In this document: piece after piece, positions 9,289 to 18,381 of the stretch
How positions within the stretch are numbered: position 1 is the first letter of the stretch
Layout: each line of letters opens with the position of its first letter
Virus record (IMG/VR): IMGVR_UViG_3300037692_000547
Span: 1 to 49,548 of that record
Length of the DNA stretch: 49,548 nucleotides
Source of the DNA: a virus
Lineage: Duplodnaviria > Caudoviricetes
Strand: one strand, 5' to 3'
Translations under genes and position numbers: made by a program
Notes under the pieces: model-generated
The model's input: the letters and a program-made list of their open reading frames with translations, nothing else
What the model was told of the DNA's origin: nothing
The model's database searches: none

Positions 9289-9801
9289 ATGGAACGCTTT
9301 GCGGTAACAATTTACTCGGTAAATCCTCACCACGACGTGGTCCGCGAGGTTGACGCAACAGACTCGAATTCGGCAATTGATCAGGTTTGGAATTCCCTCG
9401 GGTCCTTGGAACGAGGGAGGGCGATTGCGTCGAATGCCAAAAAAATCGTCAGTTTCGACATTCCTCGTGAGGAGCAGGACGTGATTTTCAAGATCGTCAA
9501 TCGCGTGAAGGCATCTAACCTTTTCTGCCGTGGCCCTGAGGCGCGAGACATTCTTTCCCTGTCCATGGATCTGACGGCCGTGCATGCCAACGGTTGCCCC
9601 CTGGACCTCGACCGGCTGCTGGTGGCCGACGAATTCGATTTCGTCCATGACATTGTGGGGATCGTTCGCAACCTCAATCGGTCGACCGGGAAGCTGTCTT
9701 GTCACTTCCATCCCCGCTTTGCTCGGCCGGCTGCCTCTACCGATTGCGACGACTCTGGTCCCTCGGATTATTCTTCCCTCCCCCCCAATATGGAGTCCTG
9801 A
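9289..9801 (+). CDS. DUF6874-like phage protein
   Basis: GGAGG RBS; MDLTAVHANGCPLDLDRLLVADEFDFVHDIVGI..LNRSTGKL..FHPRF. Confidence 0.7.
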   Translation: MERFAVTIYSVNPHHDVVREVDATDSNSAIDQVWNSLGSLERGRAIASNAKKIVSFDIPREEQDVIFKIVNRVKASNLFCRGPEARDILSLSMDLTAVHANGCPLDLDRLLVADEFDFVHDIVGIVRNLNRSTGKLSCHFHPRFARPAASTDCDDSGPSDYSSLPPNMES

Positions 9802-9803
9802 TC

Positions 9804-10463
9804 ATGGGCCAATATCTCTATGGCGAAACCGGCAAAACAATTGCCCGGCTGGTCCTCCCCAATGGCCAGGTTGTCCAGGCCGGCGTTATCGCGTACGCTC
9901 TCAAGCCTGTTCAATTCGGGTTCAAGGCTTCGAGGGATCTGGCTGCCCTGCAGAAAAAAATGGAACGGCGCTGGGCGAAACTGGTCCCGCATGAGTACGT
10001 CGTGCGCGATGATGGATTCGTCTATCACTGGATTGCCGCTCCTCGCGTCAGCTTCCTCGATGATTCGACTTTCGGCCATGACCTGATCATGATCGGCAGG
10101 CGTGAGGTTGGTTCCTCCGTTGTTGGTCCCGCGATTCTCCAGGAAAAAAACGGCTGTATCCTTAGCATCCATGGCGATCGTTATTACTTTGCCTCTCCGT
10201 CGACCGGGAAACATTCTCTGGCCATCTCGGAAACGCCGAGCGAGAGGTTGTGGGTTCACTGGAACGGTTTCCTTGAGAGTCAACCGGCTCCTTCCCAGGG
10301 TGACCATACCTTGCGGGTGATCAGTCTCTCCGATGTCATGCTGGAATGCTCTTGTGGCAAATGGTGTGTTTCTGGGACCATGGAAAAAACCCGGGAGGAA
10401 GCCGAGGCGATGTGGCTGGTGCATGTCGACAATGCGGACCATGAGGAAGAGGGAAACGAATGA
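9804..10463 (+). CDS. Hypothetical protein
   Basis: GGAG RBS, ATG 9804; ATGA overlap with the next gene. Confidence 0.7.
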   Translation: MGQYLYGETGKTIARLVLPNGQVVQAGVIAYALKPVQFGFKASRDLAALQKKMERRWAKLVPHEYVVRDDGFVYHWIAAPRVSFLDDSTFGHDLIMIGRREVGSSVVGPAILQEKNGCILSIHGDRYYFASPSTGKHSLAISETPSERLWVHWNGFLESQPAPSQGDHTLRVISLSDVMLECSCGKWCVSGTMEKTREEAEAMWLVHVDNADHEEEGNE

Positions 10464-10675
10464 TCTCGCGAGCAGAACACTTGGCCTGGTGCAAGGAACG
10501 GGCTCTGGCCCTGGTGGACGCCGGTGAGGGCGCCCAGGCGATGGCCTCGATGATCTCCGACCTCGGGAAGCATCCGGCGACCCAGTCGAATCTTAGCGTC
10601 GTCGGTCTGTTGGTGATGACCACGAACGCCTCCGACCTGGAGGAAGTCCGGTCGTTCGTCAACGGATTCAATTAA
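10460..10675 (+). CDS. Small conserved phage protein
   Basis: RAEHLAWCKERAL...ASMISDLGKHP...FVNGFN. Confidence 0.75.
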   Translation: MISRAEHLAWCKERALALVDAGEGAQAMASMISDLGKHPATQSNLSVVGLLVMTTNASDLEEVRSFVNGFN

Positions 10676-10696
10676 CCCTTATCGGAGGCTCCCCAA

Positions 10697-10879
10697 ATGA
10701 AACCTATCATTCTCCCCCTTGCTGCGGTCATGCGCGTCGCCGAGGCCGTCGTCGCGTCCGGCCTGGATCAGACCGGTGGCGAATCGATGTGCCATGTCGA
10801 GTTCTATCCCGATTCCAATGAGGCCCGAGTCGTCTCGGAGGATGGCACCGAGTCGCGGTTCATTCCCTACGAGGACTGA
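10697..10879 (+). CDS. Hypothetical protein
   Basis: GGAGG RBS, 60 aa, acidic; ends just before P3. Confidence 0.65.
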   Translation: MKPIILPLAAVMRVAEAVVASGLDQTGGESMCHVEFYPDSNEARVVSEDGTESRFIPYED

Positions 10880-10883
10880 TCGC

Positions 10884-10908
10884 GCCAGTTTGCACCGGGA
10901 TCTTTTCT
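10884..10908 (+). promoter_or_regulatory. Repeated promoter-like motif P3
   Basis: GCCAGTTT-GCACCGG-GATCTTTTCT. Confidence 0.75.
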
Positions 10909-10958
10909 ATGATGCAAGGGTTTTTGCCCATCCTGCTTTCCCTTTCACGGAGGTCGTC

Positions 10959-11062
10959 ATGAACCGCCCGGGTCACGCCCGGGCAGGCGTTGAGCCGTTA
11001 CCGGCCAACGCCTGATTCGAGCATCCGGGCCGGTTCCGGGTGCTGGATTCAGGTGTTGTTCA
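10959..11062 (+). other. Structured leader: three hairpins over an 18-codon ORF
   Basis: Stems GCCCGGG/CCCGGGC, AGGCGTTG/CAACGCCT and AGCATCCGG/CCGGGTGCT; GGAGG plus ATG 10959 to TGA 11015. Confidence 0.45.
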
Positions 11063-11087
11063 ACTTCATTCTTGTCGGAGGTGTCCC

Positions 11088-11312
11088 ATGGAAAATGCAA
11101 AACTTTCTCACGCGCAGCAGGCTAAGGTTTGTGACCCGGAGGGATGCGGTCTCCCGAAGGAAAAAGCGGCGATCTACTGGGGCCGGGCAAACTTCGTCGG
11201 CCTCGACGGTGAGGTGATTCGCCCTGTCCATGTTCATTCGGGCCGAGGTGGTCAGCTCTCTGTCGAGTTCCCCGACGGGTCTATTCTCAGCTCTCCTCGC
11301 TGGCAGATGTAA
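11088..11312 (+). CDS. Hypothetical protein
   Basis: GGAGG RBS, ATG 11088. Confidence 0.7.
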   Translation: MENAKLSHAQQAKVCDPEGCGLPKEKAAIYWGRANFVGLDGEVIRPVHVHSGRGGQLSVEFPDGSILSSPRWQM

Positions 11313-11362
11313 TTTCCCGCCCCGGGTTCGCCCGGGGCTCTTTCTCTTCTCGGAGGTAAATC

Positions 11363-11944
11363 ATGAAAGAAAAAATCGCATTCATCTTGGCTTCGCTGGC
11401 CGGCAATCCCGAGCTTGCTTCCTTCGGTTCCGAAATCTCCATAGGGGAAAAACATGTTCCCTATGACGGCATTTCCTTCTTCCGGAAGGATTCCGCCGCC
11501 GGTGAGGCTGATCTTTATGGCCGCGTCGACTTCTTCTTCAATACTGACGACTCGAAAGGCCGGTGGATGCTTTTCGGCCTGGGTTCCGATGGTGAGACCC
11601 TGTTCGTCCTTGCCGACATCGATCCCGATATGGCACCCTTCATTGTCGTTCCGGTGATCTGTAAATTCCTGACGACCCGGAAGCTCCAAAAAAAGCACGT
11701 TCTTGCGCTGTTAGAGCAGGCCGTCCAATTCGCCGAAGGCAACCGGGATTGCTATCTCGACGGGGTTCCCCTTGAGGCATCCTGGCGCGAGGTTCGCGAT
11801 GCGATCAGCAATCTTCCCGTCATGATTGCCTTGCTTTACCGGGCCGTTCGGAATGAAGACCTCGGGCCGGATTCTTCTCTTCGCAAAGATATCAACTTTC
11901 TGCTCTATGGTCTGCCAAGCCTGGCTCCCTCTCCTCGAGATTGA
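11363..11944 (+). CDS. Hypothetical protein
   Basis: Hairpin then GGAGG RBS; 193 aa. Confidence 0.75.
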   Translation: MKEKIAFILASLAGNPELASFGSEISIGEKHVPYDGISFFRKDSAAGEADLYGRVDFFFNTDDSKGRWMLFGLGSDGETLFVLADIDPDMAPFIVVPVICKFLTTRKLQKKHVLALLEQAVQFAEGNRDCYLDGVPLEASWREVRDAISNLPVMIALLYRAVRNEDLGPDSSLRKDINFLLYGLPSLAPSPRD

Positions 11945-11996
11945 TCGGAGGATAACTACTCGGCCCCTTCGGGGGCCGTCTTTCATGGAGGTTTAT

Positions 11997-12575
11997 ATGC
12001 TCGAAATTACCAGCAACGGCAGCAAGTGGATCGGCCAGGACCCCGATTCAATCGATCGCCTCGTGGAGGTTTTGGCTGTGGAGCCGCTGGATCCTCGGTT
12101 CCTGAACTACGGACGCTTCATCCTCCCGCTTGGCGGGGGAAAGGTTCGCTTCTTCGGCAACTTCTTCGCCCTGTCGCATGTCTTCAATATCACGACCGAC
12201 GACCCTGCCTTGATCGGTCGTCTGACTGTCGCCATCTACGACAATATGGCGACTCCGGAGTTCGAGGCCCTGGTCGGTCTGACCGATCGGATGCGGGACC
12301 AGGTTCACGCCCTGTTCGCCTTCGTCCAGGAGGTGGCCGAAACCGAGACCGGCATCGGCGCCCGGGCCAAGGCGCTGCTGTCGAAGGTATCGAAGGGTGA
12401 GACGTTCCCGCTCCCCTCTTCGCCGGAGCATCTCTACTCGGCGGGTCGCCAGGTTGAGGAATGGTGGCTGCGCGAGGGGATGCATCTTTGCGGCGGCGCT
12501 CCGGCGGCGATCTTCAACCTGCGCGAGGCTCTGCTTGATTTCAAACGCGTCGTGGATGGCGAGGTGGTGGCATGA
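11997..12575 (+). CDS. Conserved phage hypothetical protein
   Basis: GGAGG RBS, ATG 11997; SNGSKW...PLDPRF...FFGNF..LSHVF. Confidence 0.75.
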   Translation: MLEITSNGSKWIGQDPDSIDRLVEVLAVEPLDPRFLNYGRFILPLGGGKVRFFGNFFALSHVFNITTDDPALIGRLTVAIYDNMATPEFEALVGLTDRMRDQVHALFAFVQEVAETETGIGARAKALLSKVSKGETFPLPSSPEHLYSAGRQVEEWWLREGMHLCGGAPAAIFNLREALLDFKRVVDGEVVA

Positions 12576-12949
12576 GTCGTCTGGTCATCCTCGAGAGCCC
12601 CTATGCCGGAACGTCCAAGGAGATCACGCGAAACATCTTCTACGCCCGGCTCTGCGTCCGCGATTCGTTGCTGCTCGGGGAGGCGCCGATTGCCTCCCAT
12701 CTGCTTTACACGCAGCCGATGATCCTGGTCGATGCGGTGCCGGCCGAGCGGAAGCTGGGGATCTCCGCCGGTCTGGCATGGCGGAAGGTCGCCGAGGCGA
12801 CGGTCGTCTATGTCGACCTCGGGATCTCTTCCGGGATGCAGCACGGCATCGACCTAGCCCTGACTGCCGGCAATCCTGTCGAATACCGGTCTATCGACTG
12901 GGTTCTCCCTTCTCTCCCCTTTCCCCCTGGAGGTGCTGCCCGTGTTTGA
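12572..12949 (+). CDS. DUF4406-like / nucleoside deoxyribosyltransferase-like fold protein
   Basis: LVILESPYAG...RN..YAR....DSL..GEAPIASHLLY...VVYVDLGISSGM. Confidence 0.7.
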   Translation: MSRLVILESPYAGTSKEITRNIFYARLCVRDSLLLGEAPIASHLLYTQPMILVDAVPAERKLGISAGLAWRKVAEATVVYVDLGISSGMQHGIDLALTAGNPVEYRSIDWVLPSLPFPPGGAARV

Positions 12950-13898
12950 TCCCATTGTCCTCCCCGAGATTCCCACCGACTTCCCCATCCCCCTGGCGGC
13001 CGACGATGTGCCCTACGAAACGGCCAGGCAGGCGTATTACGCCACCAGCTTTTCTCCCGACCGGCGCGGCAAGACCGAGCAGGCAGAGTATCTGCGCTTC
13101 ATGATCGCCGTCGGCCAGGAGATGCAGAAGCTGGCCGGTCCTGATCGCCTCGAGGAGGTGGCGTCTGAATTGACCCGATTCAAGGATGGGTACCTGCGGC
13201 GTCTGTTGTCTTGGCTGAACGCCAAGTCCCGCTGCATGTCCTCGATGATCACCGGCCCGGCGAATTTCCCCGTGGCTCGCAACCAGAAGCGGCTGAACAC
13301 CGAGCATCGCCTCTCCGTGGAGCTGATGGATTGGAGCAAAAAGGCGCAGGCGGCCATGCGTCGCAACCTGTCGCCGCCCGTGGTGATTGTTCCCGTTGCC
13401 GACCAGGTCGTCGCGCTGGAAAAACAGCGGGACCTGATGAAGGCTCTCAATGCCGAGTACCGGAAGGTGAAGGGGGATATCGATGCCATGATCCTGCCGT
13501 CGGAGAAGCTGCGGGAGACGATGAAGGTGACCCGGGAGTCCTACTGGCTCGGGAAGGATCGTTATAAGCCGTTCGAGGGCTTCGACCTGACCTCGATCAA
13601 TGGCAAAATAAAGCGCCTGCAGGCGTCGGTGGTTGTCGAGGCGCGACGTGAATCGGCCCCTGTCCGGGAGGCTATGGTCGGCGATATCCGCATTGTCGAT
13701 AACCCCGAGGCCGATCGCGTCCAGGCGTTCTTCGATGGCAAGCCGGATGCCGTGATGCGGGACCGGTTGAAAAAGAACGGTTTCCGATGGACCCCGTCGG
13801 TGGGATGCTGGCAGGCATATCGGTCGCCTCTCACCTTCAGCCGGTTGGATATCGTGTTCATGGAGAATGTTGTTTTCGTGACTCCTCCGGCCGAATAA
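12942..13898 (+). CDS. Mobile-element protein with DUF3560-like C-terminus
   Basis: GTG 12942 after GGAGG; TSFSPDRRG, SSMITGPANFP, RVQAFFDGKPD..R..LKKNGFRWTPS..CWQ. Confidence 0.7.
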   Translation: MFDPIVLPEIPTDFPIPLAADDVPYETARQAYYATSFSPDRRGKTEQAEYLRFMIAVGQEMQKLAGPDRLEEVASELTRFKDGYLRRLLSWLNAKSRCMSSMITGPANFPVARNQKRLNTEHRLSVELMDWSKKAQAAMRRNLSPPVVIVPVADQVVALEKQRDLMKALNAEYRKVKGDIDAMILPSEKLRETMKVTRESYWLGKDRYKPFEGFDLTSINGKIKRLQASVVVEARRESAPVREAMVGDIRIVDNPEADRVQAFFDGKPDAVMRDRLKKNGFRWTPSVGCWQAYRSPLTFSRLDIVFMENVVFVTPPAE

Positions 13899-13903
13899 CC
13901 TTG

Positions 13904-13934
13904 AGCCGCCATCCTTCGGGGTGGCGGCTTTTTT
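13904..13934 (+). terminator. Rho-independent terminator
   Basis: AGCCGCCATCC-TTCG-GGGTGGCGGCT followed by a T tract. Confidence 0.85.
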
Positions 13935-13964
13935 CGTTTGCGCCTGCGCTGCTCCTGGGTTGGT

Positions 13965-14017
13965 GCCAGTTTAGGCCGGAATCTTTTCTTTATTGAGGGG
14001 GGAGGCTTCCTTCCCCC
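13965..14017 (+). promoter_or_regulatory. Repeated promoter-like motif P4 plus hairpin
   Basis: GCCAGTTT-AGGCCGG-AATCTTTTCT-TTATTGA-GGGGGGAGGCTTCCTTCCCCC. Confidence 0.8.
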
Positions 14018-14039
14018 AATTCCTATTTGGAGGTATCCC

Positions 14040-14363
14040 ATGAAAAACATCGTTTCCCGGAAAGACATTATCGGCGCCTACGAGGAAATCGATTCCCGCC
14101 TGGCTATCGTGAGCATCGATAAAGCCGACCCGACCAAGAGAACTTGTTTGCACTCCGGCCTCAATATTCTCGCTGCCTTTCGGGAGGTCCTTGAACTCAA
14201 TGCGCGGGGCGTCCGGTTTATTGTTTGCATCGACGTTCCCGGAGATATCAGTTCCTGGGATCTCGAAGCCTTTCGCCCGTATGAGACTAAAATGGAATGG
14301 TGGGTGGGTCATTATTCTCACGGCGAGAAATTGCGGCAGCTCGGGTCCATCGTTAAACCGTAA
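14040..14363 (+). CDS. Hypothetical protein
   Basis: GGAGG RBS, ATG 14040. Confidence 0.75.
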   Translation: MKNIVSRKDIIGAYEEIDSRLAIVSIDKADPTKRTCLHSGLNILAAFREVLELNARGVRFIVCIDVPGDISSWDLEAFRPYETKMEWWVGHYSHGEKLRQLGSIVKP

Positions 14364-14409
14364 CTGATGGGGGAGGCTTCCTCCCCCCTTTTTCTCCCGG
14401 AGGTTTCCC

Positions 14410-14694
14410 ATGACTGCAAAATTCCCGATTGTTCTTGCTGCTCCTATCGTCGGTCATTCGAAGGGGAAGGTTCTCGAGGCTCCCTATCGCGCTATCTTGA
14501 AGCAGGTCGACGGCCATCTCATCTTTGTCGTCGAGCAGGGGATCAAGGGCGAATTCTACCCGACCGGCGGCCAGTGGCGCCTGTCGACTCTCCTCGCAAA
14601 TCCTGACCGCGATTCCATTTCTATCGACTTCGGCCAGGACTGGTCGGCGACGGGTCTTCGTGATGCCCTTGCCGAGGCTCTGACGCATATCTGA
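14410..14694 (+). CDS. Hypothetical protein
   Basis: Preceded by the same GGGGGAGGCTTCCTCCCCC hairpin (without the promoter motif) and GGAGG. Confidence 0.75.
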   Translation: MTAKFPIVLAAPIVGHSKGKVLEAPYRAILKQVDGHLIFVVEQGIKGEFYPTGGQWRLSTLLANPDRDSISIDFGQDWSATGLRDALAEALTHI

Positions 14695-14719
14695 TTTTCT
14701 TCCCCCGAAAGGAACCGCC

Positions 14720-15085
14720 ATGACCAACCTCAATAAATCTCGCATCATCGTTCAGGCCCTTTATAATTCGCTCACCCTTCCTGGTGCCAGCAATGTCAAT
14801 GTTATCAGGGTCGCCAGGGGCTCCGCCCAGCAGGTCAATTGGTCGTATGAGCTTGCCCTCAAGGTCCTCTTCGGGGGAGATCTCCGTGCCGCCGATTTTC
14901 CGTGGAATAATCAACCGGAGCGGGAAGCCCTCGCCCTTCATCTTCGTTCCAGGTATCCTATTGGCCCTGGGTATTCGATCTTTTGGGCGCTCATGAAAGA
15001 AGCCCATCTTACCGACGAGACCATCGATGCGATGTGGCAGGACGCGACCGAAAAACATATTTGCGCGATCACCGCCACCAAGTAA
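14720..15085 (+). CDS. Hypothetical protein
   Basis: AAGGA RBS, 121 aa. Confidence 0.7.
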   Translation: MTNLNKSRIIVQALYNSLTLPGASNVNVIRVARGSAQQVNWSYELALKVLFGGDLRAADFPWNNQPEREALALHLRSRYPIGPGYSIFWALMKEAHLTDETIDAMWQDATEKHICAITATK

Positions 15086-15135
15086 ATTCAACCGCCTCGG
15101 GGGCTTGCTCCCGGGGCTTTCTTCAGGGGTGTCTC

Positions 15136-15348
15136 ATGGCCATTGAATTTGTATCGTCCGAGTTTATCCTGTCCCATCGTCGGTCTCCTCGGGGGCACGG
15201 CCGGTGGGGGTTCGCCGAAGATCGAAATGCCGTGGACCAGTCCCGTATCTTTTGGGCCCAGGGGACGCTGACGGAGGCAAAGGCGAAGATCCGGGCCCAG
15301 TTGAAAGCGGATGGCGTGACGAGCGGCGTTCTGTATATCCTTCCGTAG
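15136..15348 (+). CDS. Small conserved phage protein
   Basis: ATG 15136; F..SH..SPRGHGRWGF motif. Confidence 0.7.
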   Translation: MAIEFVSSEFILSHRRSPRGHGRWGFAEDRNAVDQSRIFWAQGTLTEAKAKIRAQLKADGVTSGVLYILP

Positions 15349-15405
15349 TTGGTTTCATTCCCGGGGGCTTCGGCCCCCTTCATTCTTTCTCCCTGGAGGT
15401 ATCTC

Positions 15406-15798
15406 ATGTCTTCTGTAATCGTCAAATCGTTGTCCCGCAAAATTGAACTGTGTGGCGCTGGTGCTATCTTCGACTATGGGAATGGTTGTCCCAGTCTGCT
15501 TAGTGGCTCCGAGGTCATCACGGGTTTCGACCTGGCGGAGAAAATCGCGGCAGCCATCCGGCTCCGGGATAACCTCGATGCCTGCATTAAAAACATGGGC
15601 GCCATCCTGGATTTCGAACCGGACGATGTATTCCCGTTTTCCGTGGGTGATGCTGTTGTGCCCTTGGCTTCGGCTCCTGTCCGCCCTTGTGATGCATGGA
15701 AGGTTGTCGAGGTCAATCCGAGTGTTGGGGTAGTGCTGGTTGATCATGGGAATGGGGCGAAAAAATGGACCCCGACAACTTCTCTTCGCCCCTATTGA
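15406..15798 (+). CDS. Hypothetical protein
   Basis: GGAGG RBS, ATG 15406; SH3/KOW-like C-terminus (FSVGDAVV). Confidence 0.7.
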   Translation: MSSVIVKSLSRKIELCGAGAIFDYGNGCPSLLSGSEVITGFDLAEKIAAAIRLRDNLDACIKNMGAILDFEPDDVFPFSVGDAVVPLASAPVRPCDAWKVVEVNPSVGVVLVDHGNGAKKWTPTTSLRPY

Positions 15799-15807
15799 TA
15801 AATCCAA

Positions 15808-15891
15808 CGGCCGCAGCGGGAGCCTTCCTGCTGCGGCCGTGCCAGTTTGAGCTGGAATCTTTTCTTTGTTGAAGGGGATGGCTGCATCCCC
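15808..15891 (+). promoter_or_regulatory. Hairpin, promoter-like motif P5, hairpin
   Basis: ACGGCCGCAGC/GCTGCGGCCGT stem; GCCAGTTT (15841)-GAGCTGG-AATCTTTTCT-TTGTTGA; GGGGATG/CATCCCC stem. Confidence 0.8.
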
Positions 15892-15917
15892 CATTCTTTC
15901 TTCTTTGGAGGTGTCCC

Positions 15918-16340
15918 ATGATCAAGAAAAAAATCGGCCCGGGTATGAGTCCTGTTCATTCGTTCGTTGCCGAGGACCTCGGTGTTGTTGATCGCGTCAT
16001 CATCAATCAGCGCGGAGGCCTGGCGGGAAGTCGTCGTGTCGCCTATGGAACCTTTGCCAAAGAAAGGGATCCTATCTTTGGCTTCCCCGTTCTGGAGCAG
16101 AAGGTCAACCGCAATAAAACGACCGTGAATCCGGCCGATCTCAATCAGCATATCCCCGGGGAGTTCCGGTTGTGGAAGTTGACCATCCTGCACTCCAACC
16201 ATAACTTCCCCGCCGAGCAGGGTCTGCGCATCCAGTACGTCGTAACCGATCCGAACGTGGAGCTGGTTCCCGATCTCACCGGAACGGATCGCATGTACTC
16301 CTTCGACCTGGTGGGCGGTAAGCTCGTAACCGACTGTTAA
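15918..16340 (+). CDS. Hypothetical protein
   Basis: GGAGG RBS, 140 aa. Confidence 0.75.
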   Translation: MIKKKIGPGMSPVHSFVAEDLGVVDRVIINQRGGLAGSRRVAYGTFAKERDPIFGFPVLEQKVNRNKTTVNPADLNQHIPGEFRLWKLTILHSNHNFPAEQGLRIQYVVTDPNVELVPDLTGTDRMYSFDLVGGKLVTDC

Positions 16341-16365
16341 TTCTTTCCCCTGGAGGGTTTATATC

Positions 16366-16728
16366 ATGGCTGCAAATTACGCTTGGAAGTTGACCTACTG
16401 TCGTGACGAGGACGAGCAGAGACTTGTCGGCCTCGTCGGTCCCCGTAAGCCCGACGTGACCCTGATCGACGACCAGGTGTCCCCACAGCGGTTCCGCATG
16501 TATACCGATGATTGGAGTACCGACCTGGAGTGTGGCGAGGCGACGATGCACGTCTACGAGGGGGTCCTCTACGGGGACCCCGATGTCATCGATGGCTTCG
16601 AACCCCTGGACGACTTCGGCACTCCGAACTATGGCTGCGCGATCATCGCCATCTGGCAGGCGCAACCGCCCCAGTTCCTGGATTCGATCATGGAAGAATC
16701 CGACGGCGGATACTGGGTGATGCTGTAA
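16366..16728 (+). CDS. Conserved acidic phage protein
   Basis: FRMYTDD...YEG...FEPLDDFGTPNYGC. Confidence 0.75.
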   Translation: MAANYAWKLTYCRDEDEQRLVGLVGPRKPDVTLIDDQVSPQRFRMYTDDWSTDLECGEATMHVYEGVLYGDPDVIDGFEPLDDFGTPNYGCAIIAIWQAQPPQFLDSIMEESDGGYWVML

Positions 16729-16787
16729 ACAACTCGGCCGCTGCAGAGGTTCTCCTTGCGGCGGCCGGTCTTCTCTCTGGAGGTTTT

Positions 16788-17213
16788 ATGTCCGATCCGT
16801 CTGATCGTGAGAAAATAGTAGCAACCGAGTTCCGCAAACTCGAGGCGAAGATTGCCGGGTTCGATGTGGCAAAAGTGATGGCCGCCAAAAACTTCGAATC
16901 CGATCCGCTCCATTTTATCTCCCGCAACTGCTCGTCCATCATCCGTGTTGCCTACGAGGCTGGCCTGGCGGCCTATCTTCTTGAGGCCCCGTATCGGAAC
17001 GCCGAGTTTCTCCTTATGGGGCTGTGGGACCTGCATCGACGCGAGCTTTCTGCTCAGTTGAGCTTCTGCGGCGGCTGTTCGTCAAGCGCCTTTTCTAATG
17101 CCGTCGATAGCGAGTTGGCGTCAGCGCGGGGGTGGAACCTGTCGCGGGGTTTCCTCTCGAAGGAATATATCGGCGAGCTGACCGCATCGCTGGGGCTGTC
17201 CCATGACAAATGA
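16788..17213 (+). CDS. Hypothetical protein
   Basis: Hairpin plus GGAGG RBS, ATG 16788. Confidence 0.7.
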   Translation: MSDPSDREKIVATEFRKLEAKIAGFDVAKVMAAKNFESDPLHFISRNCSSIIRVAYEAGLAAYLLEAPYRNAEFLLMGLWDLHRRELSAQLSFCGGCSSSAFSNAVDSELASARGWNLSRGFLSKEYIGELTASLGLSHDK

Positions 17214-17406
17214 TCGCATCCGACTTCTGACCTGCTGTTGCTGCGGCGCCTCCACCAGGGGGCGCCAGTGGTGGAACCGGGACACCGGCTTTGGCCTCTG
17301 TCCTCGCTGCATCACCTTCGTCGGGGACGCTGATGTCCCCATGGGAACCACCGTGAGCGCCTACGGCATTCGCGGCCATCACTTTGACCTTCCGGAGGCA
17401 CCATGA
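17203..17406 (+). CDS. Small Cys-rich (zinc-binding) protein
   Basis: CCCCG..RGRQWWNRDTGFGLCPRC...YGIRG. Confidence 0.7.
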   Translation: MTNDRIRLLTCCCCGASTRGRQWWNRDTGFGLCPRCITFVGDADVPMGTTVSAYGIRGHHFDLPEAP

Positions 17407-17816
17407 AATTTCGTGACCGTCTTGTTGCTGCCCTCGTGCGGCTTCGCTCCCTGGGCTATCTGGCCGAGGGAAACTTCGAGTGTTGCTCCTCCTGCGCCGG
17501 GTCGGTCCTGACCGATCTGGCCTCCGAGATGATCGCTGCGGGGACCCCAATCGAGTCGATTCGCGGCGCGGTCTACTGGCATGGGGAGGCGAATGATTCC
17601 ATCGACGGGGAGGACGTGCGACCTGGCGAGGGTTCCGTCTATCTGAATTTCGGGCAAATGGAGTCGAGGGTCTTCGGGACGATCGGCATCCCGGCCATCG
17701 AGGCTGGGCATGAGGTGGTCGCGGCGCTCGAGGCCGAGGGTGTTGTTGCTTCCTGGGATGGAGACCCTGACCATCGCGTTCTTGCTTCGGAGGTGCAGAA
17801 TGTCGTTGGCGAATAG
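17403..17816 (+). CDS. DUF6891-like protein
   Basis: NFECCSSCAG...GAVYWH...YLNFG...GHEVVAAL...WDGD. Confidence 0.65.
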   Translation: MKFRDRLVAALVRLRSLGYLAEGNFECCSSCAGSVLTDLASEMIAAGTPIESIRGAVYWHGEANDSIDGEDVRPGEGSVYLNFGQMESRVFGTIGIPAIEAGHEVVAALEAEGVVASWDGDPDHRVLASEVQNVVGE

Positions 17817-18306
17817 AAATATCTTCGATCCGGATTACGTGGCGCCGTCGCCTTTTGTGCTGGAAACGCGAGCACTGGGGGAGGAGTTGCACTGGCTTTT
17901 CGATCCCGAGGCTTTTCTGGAGGATGCCTTGGAGCGCGAGACCCTGGATGCGATCACCGGGAACTACCGGCATGACTGTGACAATATGTGTCACAATGCT
18001 TTGGGCTGGATGGTGCTCCGGTCGCAACAGATGGGCGCCATTTACGGCTTCGATCCGGCCAAGTTCTGGTGGGTTTATGGGTCCTATCAATGGCAGACCT
18101 TCTTCGGGAGCATGTTCCAGGAACACTCCTGGTGTGTCTTTGAAATGGACGGGCAGGAATATGTCCTTGACCTGACCCTGGCTCAGTTCGAGCCTTCGGC
18201 GGACCCTCTGTTTGTCGGTGTCGTGAATGATCGGTATTCCGAGAGCTGCAGGGTTTGTTTCACCGACCAGAATGGCATCATGGATTTGGTTCTGGCGGTC
18301 GGGTAA
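17800..18306 (+). CDS. Putative transglutaminase/papain-like fold protein
   Basis: GGAGG RBS, ATG 17800; CDNMC...EHSWC...LDLTLAQF gives Cys-His-Asp in the expected order. Confidence 0.55.
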   Translation: MSLANRNIFDPDYVAPSPFVLETRALGEELHWLFDPEAFLEDALERETLDAITGNYRHDCDNMCHNALGWMVLRSQQMGAIYGFDPAKFWWVYGSYQWQTFFGSMFQEHSWCVFEMDGQEYVLDLTLAQFEPSADPLFVGVVNDRYSESCRVCFTDQNGIMDLVLAVG

Positions 18307-18353
18307 GAGTTCAATATTCGATTCATAACGCCCGGGCGGTTTTCCGCCCGGGC

Positions 18354-18381
18354 TTTCCCTTGTTCGAAAGGATCTCCCATG
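18354..18381 (+). repeat. 28-bp direct repeat, copy 1 (RBS plus ATG)
   Basis: TTTCCCTTGTTCGAAAGGATCTCCCATG; 26/28 identical to 19321-19348. Confidence 0.85.

Noticed and set aside
10959-11062. Cloverleaf as a tRNA
   Set aside because: It lacks canonical D and T loops, a 7-nt anticodon loop and a CCA end.
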